From positions 1 to 64,000 of the forward strand of contig JAZAMN010000016.1 of NCBI GenBank assembly GCA_036229005.1: DNA of 64,000 nucleotides, given 5' to 3'. The position numbers and the translations under genes are program-made. Each line of letters begins with the position of its first letter. Position 1 is the stretch's first letter. Positions 7,873-17,308 of this stretch are shown piece after piece. The notes under the pieces are model-generated. The model was not told the origin of the DNA, searched no databases, and was given only the letters and a program-made list of their open reading frames with translations. This DNA is from Myxococcota bacterium (GTDB lineage: Bacteria > Myxococcota_A > UBA796 > CAJQPC01).

Positions 7873-10098
7873 ATGCTGGGACTTGGGGTGCTGTTGTTGA
7901 GCGGGGTGGGGCTCGCGGGTCGCACGCGGACCGTGGCCCTCTCTCCGGCGTACTCCCGCTCTTCGAATCTGGGCGCCTTCATGACCCAGGTCGGCGACCT
8001 GGATGGCGACGGCTATTCGGAGCTGGTGGTCTACGAGGACAAGTTCCTCTACCTCTTCTATGGGGGGGCGGGTGGGTACGACTTCAGCACCTACGAGAGC
8101 TGGCTCCCCGAGCCCGAAGACGCCTACGGGTCCGGCGCCAGCGGGCTGTTCCAGGTCTCGCCCCTGGGGGACATCAACGGGGACGGCTACGACGACTTTG
8201 GCCTGGGCTTCGCCAACTACTACCAGGACTACAGCGAGTACTACAGCGGCGCGATCGAGCTCTACTACGGCAGCGCGGCCGGCGTGGACACCTCGAGCCC
8301 CGAGCTGCTGCGCCTGGCTGAGCCCTTCCCCTTCGGCAACCTGGGCGAGGTGCTCCTGGGGGCCGGCGACCTGAACGGCGACGGCTACGACGACATCCTC
8401 AGCAAGCACTCCGGCTCGGCCACCAACCTGGTCGTGTTCCCTGGCAGCGCCAACGGCCCGGTGACGGGCGACGAGCTGGAGCTGAGCTACACCGCCGGGA
8501 CCGGAGCGGACTTCGGCGACCTGCTGGCCGCGGCGGGCGACATCGACGGAGACGGCCTGGACGACGTGCTCGCGGGGGACCCCGGCTACGCCTACGGCGC
8601 CGTTCGAAGCGGGTCGGTGCTGCTGCTCAGCGGAGACGCGACCCTGGGCCTGGCCGAGACCCCCACCACGATCCTGCCGCCGGACTCCGGCGTGTCCCAG
8701 GGCTTTGGGGTGGGTGTCGCCGCGGGGGACATGACCGGAGACGGCATCCACGACGCGCTGATCTTGACGGAGGACTACCAGTCTTCCGGGGACAGCGGCC
8801 TGTACGTGTACACGGGCGGCGGCGGGACCCTGACGCAGGCCTATGGCGCAGCCGCCCCGGACCTGGGGAGCTTCCGCTACTTTGACCCGATCGTCTCCAT
8901 CGGCGGCGACCTGGACGGGGACGGCACAGGCGACGCCCTGGTCAGCGTGCAACCCACCACCGGCGTCCGCAGCCTCTACCTGGTCTACGGCGCGAGCACC
9001 GGAGTGGCGCCCTACGCCGAGGTCATCGGCGGCAGCTCCAACGACTACGGCAACGCCCACATCTCCCTGGGCGACCTGGACGGCGACGGCTGGGGCGAGC
9101 TGCTCGTGGCCGACCGGGACAGCTACGTGTTCCACTACACCGGGGCCTGCCCGGACCGAGACGGCGACGGCGTCTGCTACGACCAGGACTGCGACGACCG
9201 CGACGCCTTGGCCTACCCCGGCGCGACCGACACCTGCGGCGACGGGCGAGACGCCGACTGCGACGGCATCGGCGGCGCGGACGGGGACGAAGACAGCGAC
9301 GGCCTCAGCTTTGACGAGGAGAGCGCCGCGGGCACCAGCGACTGCGCGGAGGACACCGACGGCGACGGACTGAGCGACCTGGACGAGCTGACCGTCACGG
9401 GCACCGACCCCACCGACGCGGACCCCGATGGCGACGGGCTGAACGACGCAGACGAGCTCGGCGCAGGGACAGACCCCTTCGACAGCGACAGCGACAATGA
9501 CAGCCTCAGCGATGGAGAGGAGATCGCGGCGGGCACCGACCCGCTCCACAAAGACCCCGATGAGGACGGCCTGAGGGACCGCCAAGAGCTCGAGGCTGGG
9601 ACGGACCCCCATGACCCGGACAGCGACGACGACGGCCTGCTGGACGGCGAAGAGGTGGACCTGGGGACCGATCCCAACCTGGCAGACACAGACGAGGATG
9701 GGCTGAGTGATGCGGACGAGCTGGTCCACACCACCGACCCTCTGAACCCCGACACAGACGACGGGGGCGCTCTGGACGGCGCCGAGGTCAACGTTGACGG
9801 GACCGACCCCCTGGAGATGACCGACGACCTCTCCGACTGGGACGAGGACGGCCTGGCCCAGTGGGAAGAGGAAGCCCTGGGAACCGACCCCTACGACCCA
9901 GACTCCGACCACGACGGCATGCTGGACGGCGAAGACCCGGACCCACTGGTGCACAACAGCGACGGCGTCGGCCCGCTCGATCCCACGCTGGAGGCGCACT
10001 ACCTGTGGGACGGCTGCTCGCACCTCGCCGGTGGAACAGAGCTCCCCTGGGGGTTGTTGTGGGCCCTGCCGCTGCTGTGGTGCAGACGGCGCTCCTAG
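7873..10098 (+). CDS. Surface protein with FG-GAP repeats, acidic Ca-binding (DTDGDGLSD) repeats and a MYXO-CTERM-like tail
   Basis: Multiple GDLDGDG repeats, CDDRD..YPGA motif, ~10 'D.D.DGL.D..E...GTDP' repeats, C-terminal GC-linker-hydrophobic-RRRS. Confidence 0.9.
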   Translation: MLGLGVLLLSGVGLAGRTRTVALSPAYSRSSNLGAFMTQVGDLDGDGYSELVVYEDKFLYLFYGGAGGYDFSTYESWLPEPEDAYGSGASGLFQVSPLGDINGDGYDDFGLGFANYYQDYSEYYSGAIELYYGSAAGVDTSSPELLRLAEPFPFGNLGEVLLGAGDLNGDGYDDILSKHSGSATNLVVFPGSANGPVTGDELELSYTAGTGADFGDLLAAAGDIDGDGLDDVLAGDPGYAYGAVRSGSVLLLSGDATLGLAETPTTILPPDSGVSQGFGVGVAAGDMTGDGIHDALILTEDYQSSGDSGLYVYTGGGGTLTQAYGAAAPDLGSFRYFDPIVSIGGDLDGDGTGDALVSVQPTTGVRSLYLVYGASTGVAPYAEVIGGSSNDYGNAHISLGDLDGDGWGELLVADRDSYVFHYTGACPDRDGDGVCYDQDCDDRDALAYPGATDTCGDGRDADCDGIGGADGDEDSDGLSFDEESAAGTSDCAEDTDGDGLSDLDELTVTGTDPTDADPDGDGLNDADELGAGTDPFDSDSDNDSLSDGEEIAAGTDPLHKDPDEDGLRDRQELEAGTDPHDPDSDDDGLLDGEEVDLGTDPNLADTDEDGLSDADELVHTTDPLNPDTDDGGALDGAEVNVDGTDPLEMTDDLSDWDEDGLAQWEEEALGTDPYDPDSDHDGMLDGEDPDPLVHNSDGVGPLDPTLEAHYLWDGCSHLAGGTELPWGLLWALPLLWCRRRS

Positions 10099-10170
10099 CC
10101 AGATCCCACACCTCCCCCCTTCATCCCCCGATCTGGGCTACCGTTGCCCCGTCACTGGAGTCCCCCGCCC

Positions 10171-10962
10171 ATGAAGCGCACCCTGCCCGCCCTCACTCTG
10201 ATGCTCGCCCTCTGGGGCCTGCCCGGCGTCGCCCAGGCCGGCGACCTGAGCCCCTTCTTCGAGTCCGAGTTCGACTACTGCGACGCCAAGGTGCTCGCGG
10301 CCTTCTGGGGCGAGGACCTCTCCCAGGCCAAGGCCACCATCTCCCAGAAGCTGACCGCGGGCGGCCCCGAGGTGGTGCACTTCGCCCTCAAGATGGCCCA
10401 GGAGCGGGCCCTGCAGGCCGGCAACCCCACCTGCAGCGTCTACGAGATGGGCTACACCGTGGCCGACGCCGAGGCGCTCGCGCAGAACTGGGGCTACACG
10501 ACCCAGGAGGCCAAGGCCGCCATGTTCAACAAGTACCTGAACGTGGGCGAGAAGGGCCTGGTCGAGGCGCTCAAGGCCTCGAACGCCCCCACCGTGATGA
10601 AGCCCCCCGCCGCGCCGCCGCCCGCCCAGGACGGCCCCAAGATGCAGTACTGCGACGCCAAGGTGGTCGCCGCCATGTGGGGCATCGACGTCACCACCGC
10701 GAAGGCCTCCCTGCAGGGCAAGCTGGACGGCGGCCGCCGCGACCTCTTTGATGAGGCCCTGCACGACGCCTACGCGCGCCCCGACGCCCCGAGCTGCGAC
10801 TGGACCGAGGTCCGCTACCAGTACGAGGACGCGGTCGTGCTCTCTCAGCTCTGGGGCATGTCCCTGCAGGACACCAAGGCCCAGATCGCCAAGAAGGTGT
10901 CGGCCGGCAACAGCGAGGTCGTCGATCAGATGCTCATGGCGGCGATGGCCAACCCGCAGTGA
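10171..10962 (+). CDS. Secreted hypothetical protein with a fourfold internal repeat
   Basis: Signal peptide ending AQA; four 'Y.DA..LA..WG....AKA' units; GGAG RBS. Confidence 0.85.
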   Translation: MKRTLPALTLMLALWGLPGVAQAGDLSPFFESEFDYCDAKVLAAFWGEDLSQAKATISQKLTAGGPEVVHFALKMAQERALQAGNPTCSVYEMGYTVADAEALAQNWGYTTQEAKAAMFNKYLNVGEKGLVEALKASNAPTVMKPPAAPPPAQDGPKMQYCDAKVVAAMWGIDVTTAKASLQGKLDGGRRDLFDEALHDAYARPDAPSCDWTEVRYQYEDAVVLSQLWGMSLQDTKAQIAKKVSAGNSEVVDQMLMAAMANPQ

Positions 10963-12029
10963 GCCCCACCGCCGCGCTGGGAGGGCGCCTGGGCTGGGAG
11001 CTGGAGCTGATGGCCCCCCAAGGCCGCTCCCGCCGCGATCTGGCCCAGGCCCTGGCCCGCCAGCTCGGCGCCACGGTCCACCGCATCTGGCTGCCCCAGT
11101 CCGAGCCCTCGCTGGTGCCCGGACAGGCGGTGTTCGAGAACCTCACCCTGGGCTTCGAGCTGCGCGATGCCAGCGGCCAGTGGCTGCTGCGCTGCGTGGA
11201 CGATCTCACCCTCCAGGCCGGCCTCGACCGCCAGGCGCCCCCGGTCCCCGGCTGGTACCGCGTGGTCAGCGACGACCTGCGCATCCTGCACCTGATCGCC
11301 CGCCACTGCGACCCCGAGGCCCCCCTGGACCAGGTCCTGGAGCCCGCCGCGGCGCTCTTTGGCGGCCCCCTGCGCCCCGGCCAAGGGGGGATGTTCCGCC
11401 TGGCCGACCCCAATGACCTCAGCGTCGCCATCGCAGCCCCGCTCCCTGGAGAGCGCCACCGACCCTGCGAGGTGATCTCCGCCCCCCTGCCCTACCCAGA
11501 GAGCCGCGCCCTGCTGGAGGAGGTCTGCGAGCTGGCCCAGGTGATGGACTTCTTCGTCCCGCCCGAGGCCGCCGTGCACGCCCACTTCGACGCGGACCGG
11601 GTCCAACACCCGCCGACGCTGAAGGCCCTGATCCAGGTGTGGCAGCGCTGGGGGCCCACCCTCCGGGAGCGCGTGCAGACCAACCCCCTCTGTGTGCGCC
11701 TCGGCCCCGTCGAGGACAGGGTGGTGCAGACCGTGATGGCCCCGGACTTCCAGGACCTGAGCTGGCGGCAGGCCCAGGCCCGCCTCAAGGCGGCGAACCC
11801 CTCCAAGTACCGGGACCTGAACCTGCGCAACCTGTGCAACCCGCACCTGGGAAAGCCCACGGTGGAGCTGCGCATCCTGCCCGGCGGCATCGAGCCGGAG
11901 GCCATCTGGGCGGGCATCGAGGCCATGGCCGGCGTGCTGGTGCTGGCCCGCGAGATGGGGCAGAGCCGACGCATGCTGCCCATCACCGCCACCGAGCTGG
12001 AGCAGGCCCTGGGTCCCGCAGTGGGGTAG
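10959..12029 (+). CDS. Amidoligase-2 family (COOH-NH2 ligase fold) protein
   Basis: GWELEL, CEVISAP, AAVHAHFD, KYRDLNL and TVELRIL motifs. Confidence 0.85.
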   Translation: MSPTAALGGRLGWELELMAPQGRSRRDLAQALARQLGATVHRIWLPQSEPSLVPGQAVFENLTLGFELRDASGQWLLRCVDDLTLQAGLDRQAPPVPGWYRVVSDDLRILHLIARHCDPEAPLDQVLEPAAALFGGPLRPGQGGMFRLADPNDLSVAIAAPLPGERHRPCEVISAPLPYPESRALLEEVCELAQVMDFFVPPEAAVHAHFDADRVQHPPTLKALIQVWQRWGPTLRERVQTNPLCVRLGPVEDRVVQTVMAPDFQDLSWRQAQARLKAANPSKYRDLNLRNLCNPHLGKPTVELRILPGGIEPEAIWAGIEAMAGVLVLAREMGQSRRMLPITATELEQALGPAVG

Positions 12030-12039
12030 AAAGCCGCCC

Positions 12040-12792
12040 ATGCGACAGCCCATCCCCATCCTGGCCCGCGGCCACAAGTGGCTCATCGTGGCCAAGCCCC
12101 CCCACGTGATCTGCCACCGCAACGCCCAGGCGCGCAAGGCCGACGCGATGCTGCAGCGGGTGCGCGACCAGATCGGTGAGCGCATCTACCTGGTGCACCG
12201 CCTGGACCGGAACACCTCGGGCTGCCTGATCATCGCGACCGACCCCGAGGTCTCCACGGCCATGCACAACGCCCTGGTAAAGGGGCAGAAGACCTACATC
12301 GCCTTCGTGCGCGGCCACTTCAAGCACCAGGGCGAGGTCGCCGTCGACACGGACATTCCCGGCAAGCACGGGCCCCAGAAGGCCCTGAGCTACGTGCGGG
12401 CTCTGGGCGCGTCCCATGAGCCTCGCTGCAGCCTGCTCTCTGTGCGTCCCCAGACCGGCCGACACCATCAGGTGCGGCGGCATGTGCGCGACCTGCATCA
12501 CCCCGTGCTCGGGGACCGGGAGCACGGAGACCACCGCGAGAGCCGCGTGTGGCGGGTCGAACATGGGCTCTCCCGCTTGGGGCTGCACGCCCTGCGGGTG
12601 GAATTGGACCTGCCCGAGGGCGGCCGCTTGAGGGTCAACTGTCCCCTCTTCGCGGACCACCACCGGGTGTTTGAGAAGCTCCCCTACTGGGAGCAGGCCC
12701 TGGTCCAGGAGCCAGCGTTGGGCATGGCGCCCATTCACTGGCAGGGCCAAGATGGGATGGAGGCGCCCTCGCACGAAGCGGTCGGCGACTGA
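12040..12792 (+). CDS. RluA/TruC-family RNA pseudouridine synthase
   Basis: KPP, HRLDRNTSG, TGRHHQVRRH, HPVLGD, LHA motifs. Confidence 0.93.
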   Translation: MRQPIPILARGHKWLIVAKPPHVICHRNAQARKADAMLQRVRDQIGERIYLVHRLDRNTSGCLIIATDPEVSTAMHNALVKGQKTYIAFVRGHFKHQGEVAVDTDIPGKHGPQKALSYVRALGASHEPRCSLLSVRPQTGRHHQVRRHVRDLHHPVLGDREHGDHRESRVWRVEHGLSRLGLHALRVELDLPEGGRLRVNCPLFADHHRVFEKLPYWEQALVQEPALGMAPIHWQGQDGMEAPSHEAVGD

Positions 12793-12853
12793 TCTTCAGC
12801 CGCCGGGACACTTCGCCCCGGGCGCGGTCAAAGACTGGATCCCGCACGGCGGA

Positions 12854-13903
12854 CTACTGGATGCTGCCGCTGGCGACGAAGCCGCTCTGGCCGCTGACCA
12901 CAAAGTCACCGGTCTCATCCACGGACGCGTCGCTCAGGGGCGGGAAGTCGGCGTCGACCTCCTCCCAGCTCACGCCGGCGTCCGAGCTCAGCAGGACCAT
13001 GCCAGAAGCGGACGCGGAGTCCGAGCCGGTCATGACGCCGAACAGGCCCGAGCTGTCGAAGGAGAGGGAGGAGACCACCATGCCACCGGGCATGTCCACC
13101 TCCTGGGGCTGCCAGTTCTCAGGCACCGTGCAGGCCGCGGGGCACAGCGAGGCCATCGCTTCGCCCTCGGCGTCCGCGCCGACCACCCAGAGGCCGCCCG
13201 CGGAGTCCGCGGTGTCCATCAGCTCAGCCTGCGCCTCGCTCCAGGTCATGGCCTCGAAGCTCAGCTCCTCGGTGTCGTCCTGGACGAACACGGTCGCGTT
13301 GCCCTCGCCGTCACCACCGATTCCGCTCAGGCCCTCTTCAGTCTGGACCAGGGCGTTGAGCCAGGCATCGGCCTCCGCCGTCCAGCTCTCCTCCTCGGAC
13401 CAGCCCAGCAGGCCTTCGACGGCCAGGGTCTGTCCGTTCTCGGAGATCAGGATCTGTGTGTCATCCGAAGCCGCGGTGCCCCGGGGGGCGCCGAAGTCGT
13501 TGCCGATCAGCAACACCACGTTCAGGTCCGCGACCGGGCTGTCGATGTCCACGGTGCCGGTGACCAGGTTGCCGTCGGAGTCGGTTCCACCGATGAGCAG
13601 GCGGCCCTCGCTGTCCGTGCGGACGGTCGAGAAGACCATGCCCTGGGAGTCGGAGCTCAGGGCGAACTCACCGCTGGAGGACACGGAGTACAGGCCGGAG
13701 CCGTCGTCACAGGCGGCCCAGGTCTCGCCGCTGTCCGAGCGGCCCACCTCGGGCTCGTCGTCGGTCGTACAGGGGGACTCCTTGCGGCTCATGCCGGACG
13801 ACTCCCCGTAGGTGTCGTTCCAGGTCTTGGCGTCCATTTCGCCAGGGTCCTGAGCGCAGGAGATGAGGAAGAGGGAGAGAAAGGGGGTGATGGAGAAAGT
13901 CAT
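12854..13903 (-). CDS. Acidic hypothetical lipoprotein, possibly beta-propeller/BNR-like
   Basis: LFLISC lipobox; SSDAGVSW Asp-box near the C-terminus. Confidence 0.75.
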   Translation of the reverse strand: MTFSITPFLSLFLISCAQDPGEMDAKTWNDTYGESSGMSRKESPCTTDDEPEVGRSDSGETWAACDDGSGLYSVSSSGEFALSSDSQGMVFSTVRTDSEGRLLIGGTDSDGNLVTGTVDIDSPVADLNVVLLIGNDFGAPRGTAASDDTQILISENGQTLAVEGLLGWSEEESWTAEADAWLNALVQTEEGLSGIGGDGEGNATVFVQDDTEELSFEAMTWSEAQAELMDTADSAGGLWVVGADAEGEAMASLCPAACTVPENWQPQEVDMPGGMVVSSLSFDSSGLFGVMTGSDSASASGMVLLSSDAGVSWEEVDADFPPLSDASVDETGDFVVSGQSGFVASGSIQ

Positions 13904-14004
13904 GGAGTTCCTTTTGGAAGTGGATCTGTGTTTGATTGGAAGCAGAGTCCGCCCGACGACGCCCCAGGGGGCGCCGCTGGTCACGCAGGCGGACAGGCTC
14001 AGCG

Positions 14005-14688
14005 CTACTTGGCGCTGGCGGCTTCGGGCATCGGCACCTTGACCTGGTAGACCCGCTGACGGGCCTCTGCGCCCTCCAGGGGCTCAGGCTCGGTGTTCTC
14101 GACGACCTGCGCAGGCTGTCCCTCGACGGGCAGGTGGCTGCGCAGGAACCACAGATCGGTCTCCACCTGGTCCAGGACGCGGGTCAGCAGATCCACCGTG
14201 GGGGGATCGCCAGCCTGCTCGGCCAGGGTGAGGCTCCGGCGGAGGGCCCGGGAGTGGGCCACGTAGTTGAGGGCCAGGCCGCGGATGGCGTCTTCACCGT
14301 TGAGGAAGCCCGTGGGCAGGGGGGTGAAGATCTGCGGGATGTCCAGGCCCGGATGTGCGGGTCGTCCCAGGGCTCCGGCGCGCTCCGCAAGCTGATCGGC
14401 GTGGGCCAGGAGGTGGGCGGAGAGATCATCAAAGAGCGCGTGTCGCGACGCGAACCAAGGACCGCGGAGGTTCCAGTGGGCGATGCGAGTCATCTCGTGC
14501 AGCCGGCGGGTGTGGACGAGTCGGGCGTCCAGCGATGCGGCGAGAGAGGCGCGGTGTTCGGGGTTGAGAGGGATGGCGAGGTCGTTGTTGTGGCTGTTGG
14601 TTGGGATAAGCCCTCCGACGTTGGGTTCGGGTCGTCCGCAGCCCTGTTGGGCCCGCCCGGTCGCTCCCGGGGACGATGTCACACACAT
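14005..14688 (-). CDS. dps: Dps / ferritin-like DNA protection protein (start uncertain)
   Basis: AHWNLRGPWF...HALFDD, DQLAER...LG, GDPPTVDLLT, LWFLRSH. Confidence 0.85.
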   Translation of the reverse strand: MCVTSSPGATGRAQQGCGRPEPNVGGLIPTNSHNNDLAIPLNPEHRASLAASLDARLVHTRRLHEMTRIAHWNLRGPWFASRHALFDDLSAHLLAHADQLAERAGALGRPAHPGLDIPQIFTPLPTGFLNGEDAIRGLALNYVAHSRALRRSLTLAEQAGDPPTVDLLTRVLDQVETDLWFLRSHLPVEGQPAQVVENTEPEPLEGAEARQRVYQVKVPMPEAASAK

Positions 14689-14708
14689 CGCTGACACCCA
14701 ATATCTAA

Positions 14709-14724
14709 CAAACCAAATGGTTTG
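14709..14724. promoter_or_regulatory. Perfect 7-2-7 inverted repeat in the AT-rich divergent dps/sirtuin intergenic region
   Basis: CAAACCA-AA-TGGTTTG. Confidence 0.5.
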
Positions 14725-14778
14725 CGCAAGAACTATCTGCACAAATAGCCATAAACAACCCATTCCAGATCTGAAACA

Positions 14779-15615
14779 ATGCCCTCAAACCCGCTGAAGT
14801 CCCTGCTCTCTGTGCGAGATCCCAACCTGCGCTGCGTGTTCGTGACGGGTGCGGGCATCTCCGCGGAGTCCGGCATCCCCACCTTTCGGGGCCCCGAGGG
14901 CTACTGGACCGTGGGCAGCCGCAACTACACGCCCGCGGAGATCGGCACCTGGGCACACTTCCAGCGGGCCCCCGAGCAGGTCTGGTGCTGGTACCTGTTC
15001 CGCCGGCGGGCCTGCAACGCCGCCCAGCCCAACCCCGGACACCTGGCCCTGGTGGACCTGGAGCGGCACCTGCAGGGCCAGTTCACCCTGATCACCCAGA
15101 ACGTGGACGGGGTGCACCTGCGGGCCGGGAACAGCCGCGCCCGCACGCTCGAGGTGCACGGCAACGGCGACCACATGCGCGTCGGACGGGGCTACGAGCG
15201 CATCGTCCCCATCCCGGAGGGGGTCCCCTACTGTGAGCGGGGGGACGAGGAGCTGCCGGGCCCTGCCAGATCTCGGCTCACCGTCGACGGCCAGCTCGCG
15301 CGCCCCCACATCCTCTGGTTCGACGAGTACTACGAGGAGCGGCTGCACCGGTCCACCACGGCCCTCAAGCACGCCGCCCAGACCGGGCTCTTTGTGACGG
15401 TGGGCAGCTCGGGCTCCACGAACCTGCCGCTGCAGGCCGCGGCGGAGGCGGCCCGCAATGGGGCGGTGATGATCGACATCAACCCCAACGACAACGCCTT
15501 CTCCCGCTTCGTGCAGGGCTACGAGCGGGGCCTGTGGCTGCAGGGCAGCGCGAGCCTCTGGCTGCCCAAGCTGGCGGAGCTCCTGGGCGCCCAGCCGGCG
15601 CCTGAGGCAGACTGA
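14779..15615 (+). CDS. Sir2-family NAD-dependent deacylase (CobB-like)
   Basis: TGAGISAESGIPTFRG, PNPGH, TQNVDG, EVHGN, RPHILWFDE, VGSS, IDINP. Confidence 0.95.
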   Translation: MPSNPLKSLLSVRDPNLRCVFVTGAGISAESGIPTFRGPEGYWTVGSRNYTPAEIGTWAHFQRAPEQVWCWYLFRRRACNAAQPNPGHLALVDLERHLQGQFTLITQNVDGVHLRAGNSRARTLEVHGNGDHMRVGRGYERIVPIPEGVPYCERGDEELPGPARSRLTVDGQLARPHILWFDEYYEERLHRSTTALKHAAQTGLFVTVGSSGSTNLPLQAAAEAARNGAVMIDINPNDNAFSRFVQGYERGLWLQGSASLWLPKLAELLGAQPAPEAD

Positions 15616-15619
15616 GCCC

Positions 15620-16423
15620 ATGGAGAACCCCTACGCCAGCCCCAAGGGCGCCCTGGTCCAGAAGGCGCAGCCCGCGCCCTGGACCCAGCACCCCTCGCTC
15701 CAGACCGACCTGCAGTCGCTGGGGGCCTGGCTGCGCCGCTCCGGGCTGCGCCTGCTGGCCCTCAACGCCATCGTCCAGCTCCCCGCGACCCTGCTGCTGG
15801 ACGTCGGGGACCACCTCTTCCAGGGCCTGCCCACCATCGTCGGCTCGGTGGTCAGCACCCTGAGCACCCTGATCACCACCGCGGCGGTGATCCGAGTGGC
15901 CCTGGACGACGAGTCCGGCCGCTCGCTGAGCCTGGGCGAGGCCCTGAACTTTGGCGTGCGCAACATGGGCAAGCTGGCCATGCCTGTGATCGGGCGCCAG
16001 TTCGCCGTGCTGCTGGCGAGCCTGCTGCTGGTGGTGCCCGGCCTGCTGCTGGCGGCCCGCTGGATGGGCCTGGAGGCGGTGATCCTGCTGAACCTGCCCC
16101 ACCCCGACGAGACCCAGCAGGCGGTGGGCACGACCCCCATGAAGACCACGGCGGCCTACAGCCAGGACCAGCTCGGCACCCGCATCGCCACCCTGCTGCT
16201 GCTGCTCCTGCCCATGCTGGTGATGGCCACCCTGGAGGGCGGCTGGGCCTACTTCGCCATCAGCTCCGAGCTCTCGCTGCCGCTGCTGCTGGGCCTCTCC
16301 CTGCCCCTGGCGGTGCTGCGCGGGACGGCAGCCAGCCTGATCCCCCTGACCGGGACCGCGCGGGTGCTGAGCACGGTGCACGCCAAGGGGATGAACACCG
16401 AGCCCTACTGGGCGGTGGACTGA
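15620..16423 (+). CDS. Polytopic membrane protein (paralogue A)
   Basis: NPYASP N-terminus, ~6 hydrophobic segments, ends in PYWAVD. Confidence 0.85.
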   Translation: MENPYASPKGALVQKAQPAPWTQHPSLQTDLQSLGAWLRRSGLRLLALNAIVQLPATLLLDVGDHLFQGLPTIVGSVVSTLSTLITTAAVIRVALDDESGRSLSLGEALNFGVRNMGKLAMPVIGRQFAVLLASLLLVVPGLLLAARWMGLEAVILLNLPHPDETQQAVGTTPMKTTAAYSQDQLGTRIATLLLLLLPMLVMATLEGGWAYFAISSELSLPLLLGLSLPLAVLRGTAASLIPLTGTARVLSTVHAKGMNTEPYWAVD

Positions 16424-16474
16424 ACAGCGCCTGACCCTGCTGGCGCTACACTGTCGCGGAGTGGAGGGGAGCCC

Positions 16475-17266
16475 GTGGACAACCCGTATCAGAGCCCGCA
16501 GACGACGAGCGCCCCGCCGACAGACGAAGCGCCTGTCTGGCAGCAGGCGCCCAGTCTGGGAACGGACCTCCGCACGGTCTGGAGCTGGTATGCCCGCTCC
16601 TGGCGCGCGCTCCTGGCGCTGGCCCTGCTCCTGCCCGTGGCCACCACCACCGCCCTCTCGGTGCTCGAGTCCTTCGTCACCATGGGTGTCTGGCCTGGCG
16701 CAGTGGTCGGGTTCATTGTGGGTGGGTTGAACCTCGCAGCCTCCGTGCGGGTGTGTCTGGACCAAGAGCAAGGGCGAGCGCTGGAGTGGGCCACGCTGCT
16801 CCCCTACACGGCGCGCCGGGGGCCCATGCTCCTGCTGGTGCTCATCCTCAAGCAGACCTTGATCAGCATCGGAATGCTGCTCCTCCTCTTCCCGGGGATC
16901 TGGGCCATGGGGGCCTGCTACACGGTGGAGGGGGTGCTCCTGCTGGGCTTCAAGCACCCGACGGAGCCAAAGGCCGGCCCCCTCCGCGTCGCCAACTTCC
17001 TCAGCAAGCAGGACCTGGTCTCCCAGATCGGCGGGGCCATCCTGGGAGCCGGAGTCGCCTTCGTGAGCACCTTCATCCACGCCTTCTGGGCAGTCCTGGC
17101 CGCCCAGCTCCAGCTCAGCGACGGCGTCCGGATCCTGGTGGGCATCCCGCTGGTCATCCTGACCAGCCTTGCCGCGCTCATCGACCCCCTCATGGGCACT
17201 GCCCGCCTCCTGTCCGTCGCGCACGCGCGAGGGCTGCCGACACGGCCGTACTGGGCGGTGGATTGA
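16475..17266 (+). CDS. Polytopic membrane protein (paralogue B)
   Basis: NPYQSP N-terminus, same topology as paralogue A, ends GTARLLS...PYWAVD. Confidence 0.85.
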   Translation: MDNPYQSPQTTSAPPTDEAPVWQQAPSLGTDLRTVWSWYARSWRALLALALLLPVATTTALSVLESFVTMGVWPGAVVGFIVGGLNLAASVRVCLDQEQGRALEWATLLPYTARRGPMLLLVLILKQTLISIGMLLLLFPGIWAMGACYTVEGVLLLGFKHPTEPKAGPLRVANFLSKQDLVSQIGGAILGAGVAFVSTFIHAFWAVLAAQLQLSDGVRILVGIPLVILTSLAALIDPLMGTARLLSVAHARGLPTRPYWAVD

Positions 17267-17308
17267 GCGCCTGCTGCGTCCAGCCCAGCCTGTCCTCGTT
17301 GGCGGGAC

